DNA of 64,000 nt from contig OZ024742.1 of assembly GCA_964016885.1 (NCBI GenBank), forward strand, positions 100,936,001 through 101,000,000, read 5' to 3'. The position numbers and the translations under genes are program-made. Below the pieces are notes generated by a model. It saw only the letters and a program-made list of their open reading frames with translations, was not told the origin of the DNA and did not search any database. The stretch comes from Eledone cirrhosa (Eukaryota). Shown in pieces: positions 53,067 to 64,000 of this stretch; position 1 is the first letter of the stretch, and each line of letters begins with the position of its first letter.

Positions 53067-53452
53067 TAGTAATAATTGTTTCTACTTTTGGCACAAGGCC
53101 AGCAATTACCCAGTGCATTACTGGTACTTTATTTTATCGATGCCGTAAGGATGAAAAACAAAGTTAACCTTGGCAGGATTTGAACTATAGTAACAATTGT
53201 TTCTACTTTAGGCATAAGGCCAGCAATTACACAGTACATTACTGGTACTTTATTTTATCGACCCCGTCAGGATGAAAGGCAAAGTTAACCTCGGCAGGAT
53301 AGTAATAATTGTTTCTACTTTAGGCATAAGGCCAGCAATTACCCAGTGCATTACTGGTACTTTATTTTATCGACCCCGTAAGGATGAAAGGCAAAGTCAA
53401 CCTCGGCGGGATTTGAACTCAGATCGTAAAGGGTCGGCAGGATAGTAATAAT
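53067..53452 (-). mobile_element. Tandem trimer of family A SINE 3' halves
   Basis: Units begin TAGTAA(T/C)AATTGTTTCTAC at about 53067, 53188 and 53300. Confidence 0.88.
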
Positions 53453-53698
53453 AATAGTCAATCACTATAAAACAAAATAGTTGAAAGAATCAGGTAAAGT
53501 TATCCCTGGAGATGGACAGAGGTTCCTGCAAGGAATAAAACCCTGCATCTTTTGGATGCCAGGTGACTATGTTAGCTATTATACTAAGATGTCCCTGGTT
53601 ATTGATTACCATAAAATATTTTAAGCTTTTAGCTTTGACTTAAGAAACACTTGGAAAATTAGAGATTTGATATGTAGTCATTCCAATGCAAATGACTA

Positions 53699-53921
53699 TA
53701 ATAATTGTTTCTGATTTAGGCACAAGGCCAACAATGGTGGGGGAAGGGAAAGTCATTTAAATCAACCCCAGTGTGTTACTGGTGCTTTATTTTATCAAAC
53801 CCATAAGGATGAAAAGCAAAGCTAACCTCAGCAGAATTTAAACTCAGAACGTAAAGGGACATAACTCTATGCCCCAACGCATGTTGTCCAACACTCTAAT
53901 GATACTGCTAATCCACTGCCC
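53699..53921 (-). mobile_element. SINE family A, long-tail subfamily
   Basis: Full reverse-complement copy. Confidence 0.82.
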
Positions 53922-54179
53922 TTATAATAACAGTCAATCACTACAAATAACAGTTGAAGGAATCAGGTAAAATACCAGTAGTGAGCAGTCGTACAACACA
54001 TTTCTCAAATGCTGGGCAAGTAGGCAAGTAGCCATTATGTTGAGGGATCACTGGTGACTGATTTGCCATATTTTGATTCCCAGGTATATGAGACAAATGT
54101 GAGAATATTATGACATTAATTAGACTATGTACTAAATTAGTTCCAAAAGACAGACATAAAAATACTGGCAGAATGGGAA

Positions 54180-55495
54180 AGGAGGTCAGAGAACAAGGCA
54201 GAAAAGTCATGTATCAGGTACAGCATACAAGGAGAGAAGCAGAAAGTATGAAGTTTGTACATCAGAAGGAAGGTTTACCCAAGGTAGAACCAATGATTGG
54301 CTATTCAAGTTAGCAGCAATATAACAGGTAAGGCAATCAAGGATATGAAGATAGGCAAAGCAGCTGGAGCATCAGAGATAGTTGCTGAAATTCTAAAAGC
54401 ATCTGAGATGATTGGCTACACATTAACCACACATATAGTAAATTGGATAATACAGGAGCGTATCATACCCAATGACTGGTGTAGCAACATCATTGTAAAC
54501 TGTTACAAGGGCAAGGGAGATGCACTAGACAAAGGATAGAGGCATTAAATCGATGGAGCAGGTCATGAAAGTTACTAATTATAGATATGTATTTCAACTT
54601 TGTGCCAGGTAGAAGTACCACTGGTGCCCTCCTCCTTGTAAGACAACTGCAGGAAAAGTTCTCAGCTAAGAGTAAGCCCCTTTACCTAGCATTCATTAAC
54701 CTGGAGAAAGCTTTTGACAGAGTAATTCACTCTGTAATTTTAGGAATGTAGAAGTGTATGAGTAGCTTATGAAAGCTGTATGACCCATGAATAAGGGTGC
54801 TGTCAGCAAGCTTGGAGCTAACAACGAATAGAGCAATGAATTTAGTGTGCAATGAATTTAGTGTGTCAAGCTCAGTCCTCAGTCCTTTTCCATTTATTAT
54901 AGTCCTTCATGCCATAACAGAGGGGATTAAGACTGGCTGTCCATGAGAACACCTATATGACCTAGTTATCATAGCTGAATCTGCAGACAAACTAGAGAAG
55001 AAATTCCTGGCTTTGAAGCAAAATCCAGAATCAAAAGGTCTCAAAGACAACATAACAAAGATTAAAGTCCTAGCAAACAGGAAATATGACATTATCCTTG
55101 CTCAACTGGCCTTGCTCAATATACAAAAATGAAGCTAGTGGAAATTCGATACAGTGAACAAAAAGTAAACTATGAGTTCACAAGAGATGTAGTGGGATGT
55201 TGGGCAGGCTAACAAAAAGTATAGACTTTATATGAGTCTGATGCACAGGAGCAGTAAGCTACAAGAGATTACAGGAGATAGGCTCTATGAAATGCTCAGA
55301 TGACACCCTAGAAGTAGTTGACATATTTAACAGTGGGGATGGATGTTCTGAAAGTACAGTAGCTAAAGTGAGAACCAGGTGGCTAAAGTGAGAACCAAAG
55401 GGTTTCTCTCTCAGAATGAAAGGCAAATTATATGATGCTTGTGGGCAAACAATAATGCTGCATGGAAGTGAAACTTGGGCTTAGAGAGCAGGAGA
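54180..55495 (+). mobile_element. Degenerate RTE-clade LINE, reverse transcriptase region
   Basis: KAIKDMKIGKAAG..IPNDWCSNIIVNCYKGKGDALD..FVPGRSTT..VRQLQEK..LYLAFINLEKAFDRV..MLHGSETW, with many stops. Confidence 0.9.
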
Positions 55496-56447
55496 GAAAA
55501 AAGTTAATGTTACCTCTTAGTTGTTATTAATATGTAGTTGTGTGTCAACTATTTGTGGAGGAAAAAAGGGTTAATGTTGTCCTTTAATGGTTGTGATATG
55601 TAATAATGGGTTAACGATCTAAGAAATATTGCTAAGGACAAATAAAGGCTTGTGTTGTCCCTTAATGGTTGAATTATATAAAAATGTGTCAATGATTTAG
55701 GAATTATTGCAAAAAAGGTAACAATAGAAAACAGTTTTTGTTATCACTTAATTGTAATCATATGTAATGATGAGTCAACTATTTGACTGTTAGCATGAAA
55801 TGAAATTACACTACAGCCATTGACTGTTGGTATGAAATGAAATTTACACTACAGCCATCACCCACAATCGAGCATGACTTGGCAACATGTACCATGCTTT
55901 TACTAAAGGTTTTATATGCCATAGGTCAACATCCTGTATGATTAACTTGAAACAAGCAACAGTTGAAGTAAGATGGCCACAGCTGCAGTTCAGAGATGTC
56001 TTATTTAAAGACATGAAAATAGATAGATGTGGATAGTACCATATGGAAAAAGATTGCTGAAGATCATCTACAATAGTGTGAACTACTGTAATCTAGAAGA
56101 GAAGAAGCAAATAGTGTGAATTTACTAGACTGAATTGATGTTTAAATCCTTTACACTTTATCCTCTTTTGTTGATGTTTTAGAAAATGAAAAATATATCT
56201 ATATATCAAAAGTACCACTGACATACTAGAGGTGTATATGAAGGCATATATGATACGTTTATGTATACTAAACATACAACATATAGGGACCCATAGATAT
56301 TTCTAAGGTGACATTATCTCTGGTTCTTTCTTTTCCTTTTTCTTTTCCTTTTCTCCACTCAGCCTCACCTCTCCGTTTATTCATCTAAGTTTGTTGTCTG
56401 AATATTTACAGGCCAATCTGCATTGTAGCAGCGTCCTAAACACAACC

Positions 56448-56497
<50 letters not shown>

Positions 56498-56499
56498 CT

Positions 56500-57190
56500 T
56501 AAGGGAAATGGCCTTGCTCAGTATGCAGGAAAGGAATAGGTATAAATTCCATTCTATATTCCATTTGCAAGCTATGGGTACACAAGAGATGTAGCGGGAT
56601 CTCAGACAGGCTAGTAAAGAACATAGGCTTTGTGTGTGCTAGATGCACAGGAGAAATAAGCAGCAAGAACTCATGAAAGAAGGTCTATTAAATGCTCAAA
56701 TGGCTCCAGCTCGTGTTACCTGGGTGACCAAATTAACAGAGTGAAATTGGGATGGTAAAGGCTCAGGGAGCTTCTATTGCTGCTAGTTACAAACGGTTTT
56801 CTCACAAAATGAAAGGAGATTATATGTGTGTTAACAGCAATGCTGCATACAAGTGAGACCTGGGCACTGAGTGCAGAGGACCTATGAAGTTTGGAAAGAA
56901 ATGAAGCAGGCATGTTCCAATAGATGTGTAATAACAGAGTGCATAAACAATGAAGCATCAGTGAACTGAGAGAGAAACTGGGCATAAGAATAGTCAGATG
57001 CAGTGTGCAGGAGAGGAGGTTGTAGTTGTATATAAAGGCACTTGAAGCTGAAAGAAACTATGGAAGAAGACCTAGGAAAGTTTGCAATGGAGAATTAAAA
57101 GCTGACCTTGTACAATTAAATTTCTCAAAGGTGATGATGCAGGATCAAGTTCTCTGACAATATTCTGTACTACAGTAGACCCACTTTCCC
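56500..57190 (+). mobile_element. Degenerate RTE-clade LINE 3' fragment with Cys-rich insertion
   Basis: KWPCSVCRKGIG..CKLWVHKRCSG..FVCARCTG, then MLHTSETW..LERNEA..ELREKLGI; same family as 16990-17520. Confidence 0.85.
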
Positions 57191-58104
57191 ACTTTCTCAG
57201 GATGAAACAGACATGGAGAGGACACTAATCTACACCAATCTTCCTTACACACCTTCCCCATTCCCTCTCCCTCCCTCACTAACTGAGTACACTTTAGACC
57301 CTCTTTCACTCACTTCCCCAATCCTGCATACATGCTCCCCTCATCTCATTATCTAAATACTTCCATTCACTTCCCTCATACCCATCCTGCATATCCCCAC
57401 CTCATTATCTAAGTACCCAAATTAAGTCCTCCCCACTTACTTCCTACAAAGACTTTCCCCCTCATCCTGTTTGTCCTATTCCTTCTAATATGGAAATGCA
57501 GTCCCTACCATCCAATCCATACCAACATGGAAAAACAAAAGCAAAGTGTATGAACTGGACGTGGTCTCCTGTCTGTCCTAATTTCAGAGCATGACAGCCA
57601 GACTTCCCAGGGTGTGTGGGAAATAGATGTTTAACAATGATGAAGATGTACTCCACCACCCACAAACATGCCTTCCACACCTCTGATACACTTCTCCTGT
57701 CCAACCCATGCATACAAGCATGGAAACTTGACATGCTCTACACCTTTGCCCCAGTGCTGCTGCCAAAAAGCAGCCAGTCCACCCTGTATGGTGATAATGC
57801 TTGATCCACAACAACAAAAACACCTCATGCACCCTGTTAGGTGGTCATGCAGTGCCATGATAAAAAAAGCACCCAGTCCATGTTGTAATGTGGTTGGCAT
57901 TCAGTCTTAGAAACCAAGCCAAAAAACAGATCCATATGAACAAGATATGGTCATCTGACCTACCTGGTTAATCTTATAACAGGACAACCTGTCTAACCCA
58001 TGCAAGCATGGAAAATAGAAGTTAAATGTTGATAGTTATGATGATATATATATGTGCATATATATATATATTTATGCACACACACACACACACACGCATG
58101 CACG

Positions 58105-58203
<99 letters not shown>

Positions 58204-58236
58204 TTAAAAAAATAGAGGTGTAACACACGAGTTGTG

Positions 58237-58323
58237 ATATATTAGTAAAAGGAAAAGAAAATGCTGACAAATTTTTCACTGGGAAAAATTTGTCAGCATT
58301 TTCTTTTCCTTTTACTAATATAT
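58237..58323. repeat. Perfect hairpin, 41-bp arms
   Basis: ATATATTAGTAAAAGGAAAAGAAAATGCTGACAAATTTTTC-ACTGG-reverse complement. Confidence 0.93.
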
Positions 58324-58325
58324 AT

Positions 58326-58390
<65 letters not shown>

Positions 58391-58397
<7 letters not shown>

Positions 58398-58628
58398 AAA
58401 AAAGATGAAATCGAAAATGCAACTGGAGTCTTTTTTCTTTAAATATATTTATTTGGTTCCTTTACCGGTTTCGCAGTTCTTGTAGTTTTCAAAAGTGTGA
58501 GAAAACCCTCCATCTCAATTCTACTTTTGAAAAGTACAAGAACTGCGAAACCGGTAAAGGAACCAAATAAATATATTTAAAAAAAAAAGACTCCAGTTAC
58601 ATTTTCAATTTCATCTTTTTTCCTTATA
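58391..58628. repeat. Fold-back element with minimal U3-A8 hammerhead motifs in both arms
   Basis: About 105-bp arms; motifs at 58524-58559 (+) and 58460-58495 (-), each followed by AATAAA. Confidence 0.9.
58524..58559 (+). ncRNA. Minimal hammerhead motif, U3-A8 core variant, palindromic stem III
   Basis: CTT-TTGAAAA-GTACAAGAACTGC-GAAAC-CG-GTA-AAG. Confidence 0.55.
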
Positions 58629-59329
58629 CTTTCACTCATGTAGGACTCCTCGTTTTTTTCATTTTGTAAAAAAACATCACTTTCTAAAATATATATATAT
58701 ATACATTTTTTTTGTTGCAGGGGGTTATACCCCAATTTATCAACATCGATTTTATAATGGTAATTAATAAGTCGTGATCCAAAAGCCCACTGTGAAATAT
58801 CAATCACACATGAATTTATATATACAGTTTTACACATGTATAAGCATTCAATATTCCATATCAAACTTCTCATTCAAAGGTTGTGATTTTCTATACACCA
58901 GTATTTTATCAGTGTATTGATTATACTAATAGGAAATCAATTTTAATGTATATTTTATATATTTACTAGTAGTACTAGTAACTAACCCATTGATTTACAG
59001 ATTGAATAAGTAATATTCAGTTTGATCAACAAACTTTAAAAAGCTATATTTGTGAATTATATATATATAAAATAATTTTAAACAATATATAGATATATCA
59101 ATCTAAGACCTCTTATGAATAAATGTCAATAGTAGATCATTTGATCATTTTAACAGCTATATATAAAACAATACTAAGGATTCAAACTATAAATAAGAAT
59201 TCACAATGTTCATCACAAGTATGAAAATACACCCTTCACAGGTGCAATGTGTCTGAACACGGAAGAGCCGAACTCCCACTGTCATCGCCTCCATCTCTCT
59301 CGCCCTTCCCATCTCTCTATATAGTGAGC

Positions 59330-59470
59330 AAATGGGATCCCACGTGCTGGCCTCCCCACAGCCCTGGCGGATGGTAAGGGAGATGCACTGGAAGAGCCAT
59401 TCCATCTCGCGAGGCTCACACCTGCGGCTGGCCAGCTCAGCACCTATGGTGGTTAAACAAACCAGGCTTT
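59330..59470 (-). mobile_element. CRE-like retrotransposon extreme 3' fragment
   Basis: IGAELASRRCEPREMEWLFQCISLTIRQG matches the RLE C-terminal motif. Confidence 0.6.
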
Positions 59471-59598
59471 CATACATATATACATATAGAAACAAATACA
59501 AATGATTGGATGGTCATATTTGGAAATATGGCCATTTAAATATAACTTAATCATTATGTGAGTAATATTTTTTATTTAACATCTTAAATTATATTTGT

Positions 59599-59938
59599 AG
59601 GCACATGGCTTAGTGGTTAGAGCATAGGCCTTGCAATCGAAAGGTTGTGAGTTCAATTCTCAGACCGGGTGATGTGTTGTTTCCTTGAGCAAGACACTTT
59701 ATTTCACATTGTTCCAGTTTACTCAGCTGTAGAAATGAGATGATAGGGACTGGGGTCCCTATCATTCCACTGAAAAGTGGTCGTGGAGGTGCCACGGCAA
59801 AAAAGCACCCAGCACTCACTGTAAATGAGGTTGGTGTTAGGAAGGGCATCCAGCTGTAGAAATCAAGCCAGAATCAGTTCCCATCCCACCCTTGCAAGCA
59901 GGGAAAAGTGGACGTAAAATGATGATGATGATGATGAT
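59599..59938 (+). mobile_element. Young SINE family B with RTE tail
   Basis: Near-identical to the 29293 and 35627 copies. Confidence 0.92.
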
Positions 59939-60102
59939 AATCTATATGTATATATGTATTAAGCCTGATTAGTTTCTCAATTGATATATCTCTATATATC
60001 GTTTAAAATTATTTTATATTATTGAAGCGCTAAACAGAAGTTATACTGAGCTTTTACTGAGAAACATTATCTATACATATTGTATATGTATTGATTAAAC
60101 CT

Positions 60103-60140
<38 letters not shown>

Positions 60141-60142
<2 letters not shown>

Positions 60143-60766
60143 GGAAAAAAAAATGAAACCAAATTTCATTTCTCACTCTTAGTACGGCTGTTACTTAAAT
60201 ATAAGTATGTATACGTACATACATATATGTATACAGACGTACAGTAGTATGTATATATATATACATACATGCACACATATATATATATATGTACGTATGG
60301 ATTTACCGAACATTTATTATAATGCTCGGTGTGTTTGTAAACAAACATCCCGAATTAAGCCGAACAGTGTTTAGCAACCATCGTTGCTCTTTTGTTCAAC
60401 ACTGACAAAGGAACGATGTACTATTTTCAAGCTTATTAGCTATTGTCAGCACTGTATACCTTCCTGCCAGATGATTGAACGTCTGAAAGTATATACTTTC
60501 CTTGTGCATATTAACAGCTGAGCAGCCTAATTTGCATATCGAGTGAGTTAATCGGCCGGGTGCACCGAAAACGATAAACGGAAAAAAATGAAACGAAATT
60601 TCATTTCTCACTCTTAGTACGGCTGTTACTTAAATATAAGTATGTATACGTACATACATATATGTATACAGACGTACAGTAGTATGTATATATATATATA
60701 CATACATGCACACATATATGTATGTACGTATGGATTTACCGAACATTTATTATAATGCTCGGTGTG
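60141..60766. repeat. About 1.4 direct tandem copies of a 437-bp element
   Basis: The unit restarts at 60578 and matches to 60766; contains octamer ATTTGCAT at 60530-60537. Confidence 0.9.
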
Positions 60767-60842
60767 AGAAAAAGAAAGTTTTTTGTCAATAATATACAAG
60801 GTATCTCAATGAATAAGATAGCTAAAAATATCTAGATCAAAG

Positions 60843-61224
60843 AAGCATATAAATATAGATTAACTTATGCCAAAGTCTCTGTGAGAGGAAATACAGGCCA
60901 AACTAATACTAGAGAATTTCCCTCAAATCATGTCCCCAACTGCAGATTCTGGAATTAAAAAACAATATTGATTATCTTAGTAAATTTTTGACCAGCATTA
61001 GGAAAAAATTCTCTCATCAGAAGGATTCTTTGGAAGTAATAAATAATATTCATTTTGTCCTTGAAAAACAAATATTCATCTTTGTGGTTGAAATATGGAA
61101 TATTTCTTAATTCCAGAAACAGCAGTTAGTTGTATGATGTGAGGAAAACTCTCTTGTGTTTATTAGTTTGGCTTGTGCTCCCCCGCCCCTTAACAGAGAC
61201 TTTGGCATAAGTTGAAATATGCTT
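60843..61224. repeat. Old degenerate fold-back element
   Basis: AACTTATGCCAAAGTCTCTGT versus ACAGAGACTTTGGCATAAGTT, and TTCTGGAATTAA versus TTAATTCCAGAA. Confidence 0.75.
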
Positions 61225-63276
61225 ATATATATATGTATACATCACCCTTTTCTGTCCCATTGACTGGTCCTTCCATTTTAGGGACTCCTTCAGATGCACC
61301 TCTACCAGCCTTGTCTATGGGCTCCGTTGTACTCTGTGCAGAAATATATACATATATATACATTTAAGCAATCAATTTCTTCTTTCACCCTTTTATAGGT
61401 GAAAGCAGAAATTATTTGCATAAACTTTTAATCTGGGCTGATAATAAATATTTGCTCTACAGTTTTATATATATTGCTGCCTTTTTCTTTTTTGTTTTAT
61501 TGCTGGGAAGACCAAGCAGTTTTTATCTGGTGGCCAAGGATAAAGAGGTTGGGTGGTGAACAAGATTGAAAGACTGAAGACAGGATAAGCTTTCATCAAC
61601 TTTTTCAAAGTTGACAAAAAGGAGATTGAAGGTGGAGAGTGCTGCCTGCCAGCAAATTTGTTGAAAGATGGATGAGAGTGGTGAACATGGTCTGAGTGAA
61701 CAGGCCTGTTCTGAATATACATTTGTAGATTGGAGGAGGAAATCTGGGAAAAGGCAATAGCTTTCATGATCAGAGTATCTGTGGCTGTTTGTAGATTTTA
61801 TCCATTTGTGGCTCACCAATGCCTTCCCACTTCGGAGGAATTTTCTTTGTTTTAAATTTATTGTAATCAGTTTTGTTTTTGTTCTCGTCATTTCTCATTT
61901 TGACATATTTCCATAAAACCACACTATACTATATTTAATGTGCTTTTTTGTAAATCCTTTGTAGTTAATAAAGAAATCATGATTTTTGTTGTTGTTGTTG
62001 TGGTGGTGGTAGTGGTGGTCGTCGTCGCCGTCGTTGTCATCATCATTAGTATTAATTCTTTGGTTGACAGACTGACCAATAAAATAGTACACAGTTCTCT
62101 CCCTTAACATACTGACTAATGGCTGTTAAAGTTGTCTAATCTTTTTTAAAGAACATTTTAAAGAAGTTCCGTAACTGTTATTTTAATGCAGGTACAACAC
62201 CAATTTTCCGGCAAATGATGTTCCGCCACCTCTTTTTATCTGGATATATTTATGGGATACATTTCAATTTACCACGGACAGGCATATCAAATTCAAGTTA
62301 GAAAGCATTAGCTATATTAAACATTTACGCCATCATATAGTCGCAATGGAGAGAGAATGTTTCCGAGTTGAAACATATACTGGAAAGTCATGTTCTAATC
62401 CTCATCATCATCGTCGCCGTTTTATGTCTATTTTCCATGCTAGCATGGGTTAGACATGTTGTCGCATTCTCAGTCTAAATAGGTCAAATGATTGTGTCTT
62501 CCTCATACGTACCATTCTTGCATAGTTTCAATGACTGAATACCCTTTCTAATGCCAACCACTTTACTGCATGTACCGAGTTCGTTTTCTCGTGGCATCAG
62601 TAATAAAGAAGAAATAAAAACAAAAAGAGTATATTTTTTTCAGTATTAATCTGCAATTGAATAACGAATACAATGTTTATGTTTTTCTCTATTCTATTTA
62701 ATATCTGTTTCCGTATCTCCACTGTGACTAAAACATAAGCAACCAAGTCTTTTTCAGTTTTTTATTCTTTCCTGGTGGTTTCTATAACGTTGAAGCAGAA
62801 GAAGAAGAAAATTCAATTCTGCTGAACTGGATTCTTTATTTATCAACCTGATTTAAACTCAGAGTGTAGAGAGCCAAAACAACCACACCAATAAACTCTA
62901 TCTAATGCCCTAGTAACACTGTAATTCCACCATCTTAAGATGAGGCAGTTGTCTAATAATAAATTAATATCTAACCAATTATGCCCTTGGTTCCTGCATT
63001 GTTGATTTCCTCCGCTGAGTCGTAAAGATGGTGGCCCACTTGAGAAGGGAACCCCATGAGGTGAGGTAGGTTGTTGCAGTGGGTGTCTCTGGTCATTTTG
63101 TCTATGGGGCACTGCTAAGGCACTCCTCAGGCTGGGATGTAGTGACTGTCCCTTCCATTCTCACTTTCTTTCGTTGCTTGATCCTTCTTTCTTTTTCTCC
63201 TTTTCATTTTCTTTTTTTCTTCCACCAGTACAATCAGACTATAATTCTTGAAGCAATATTTGTTGTTGTTTTTTTT

Positions 63277-63495
63277 CCTTTTAGCATTTAAACTGGCTGT
63301 ATCCAGCCAGAATTCTCTCATCTCTTTCTGTTCAAACCAACCATAATCAGCTGCTCATACATATGTTAAGGTTTTTTTTCTCAAAATAGATATCAAAATC
63401 TCGTAGATTTGATATTACGTGAGATATTTATGTGAAATAAAGTGTTTACTGCGAAAATACAATACTAAATATAGAGTAAAGTAAATGCTAAAGGG
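63277..63495. mobile_element. piggyBac-type MITE
   Basis: CCTTTTAGCATTTA..TAAATGCTAAAGGG|TTAA; internal match to 15960-16153. Confidence 0.72.
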
Positions 63496-63704
63496 TTAAT
63501 CTAAGAGGAAATAAATATAGACACTATATTCATTATATTTTTTTATTTTATAATTTAAAGAATCATTTTGCTTTAATTTGTCTTACATTATTATGTACCC
63601 TCACTAAACTCAAGTTCCAAACAATAAATATTTTTAGATTTTTTTCAGGAATTTTTATCCAACCAGTTGATGCATTTACTGAAAAATAATAGTCATTAAA
63701 ATAT

Positions 63705-63940
63705 AACCAGACTACTTTTCAACCAAGTTGACAAAGCTAGTCTTAGCACAGTTCAGAAAGTAGGTGGTGGTGGTGGAGTGACCAATTTTTGACCAAGTTG
63801 ACCAAGCTAGACTTAGGACAGTTCAGTAAGTAAGGTGGGGGTGTGACCACTTTTCAACCAAGTTGACCAAGTAGGTAGTGGAGAGTGGGGTGACCATTTT
63901 TCAACCAATTTCACCAAGCTAAACTTAGCAGTTCAGCAAT
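63705..63940. repeat. Degenerate tandem repeat, about 60-70 bp
   Basis: Recurrent ACCAAGTTGACCAAGCTAGACTTAG..CAGTTCAG. Confidence 0.75.
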
Positions 63941-64000
63941 TGTAGGCAAATTCATCAAAAGTACAGGTGCTCTATTATCTTTGGTATTCCAATTACTACT

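Noticed and set aside
60350-60435. Possible hammerhead on the minus strand (TTGAAAA..long stem..AAAC..GTT)
   Set aside because: G12 is missing and stem I is out of register; not called.

Overview
AT-rich, microsatellite- and retroposon-dense eukaryotic DNA. The SINE/RTE repertoire suggests an octopus or other coleoid cephalopod (inference, not a database result). One protein-coding gene is supported: the 3' end of a latrophilin/Cirl-type adhesion GPCR on the + strand. Its exons are the ICL3 end (1-24), TM6-TM7 (14643-14811), helix 8 (16386-16511), a 70-nt basic exon (18021-18090) and a terminal exon (19540-20411); all are GT-AG and phase-compatible. The 14.6-kb ICL3 intron contains a frame-preserving 75-nt cassette-exon candidate followed by TGCATG, and a 36-nt stop-containing micro-exon candidate. 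Skipping the 70-nt exon would switch the C-terminus to a short FVVL tail. The rest is tRNA-derived SINEs, RTE and CRE LINE remnants, a mariner relic, MITEs, a Helitron-type end, mini/microsatellites, and a set of fold-back elements, many carrying type I hammerhead ribozyme motifs in their arms (Penelope-like pLTR or retrozyme-type). Most listed ORFs are microsatellite artefacts. Repeat boundaries are approximate, read by eye.
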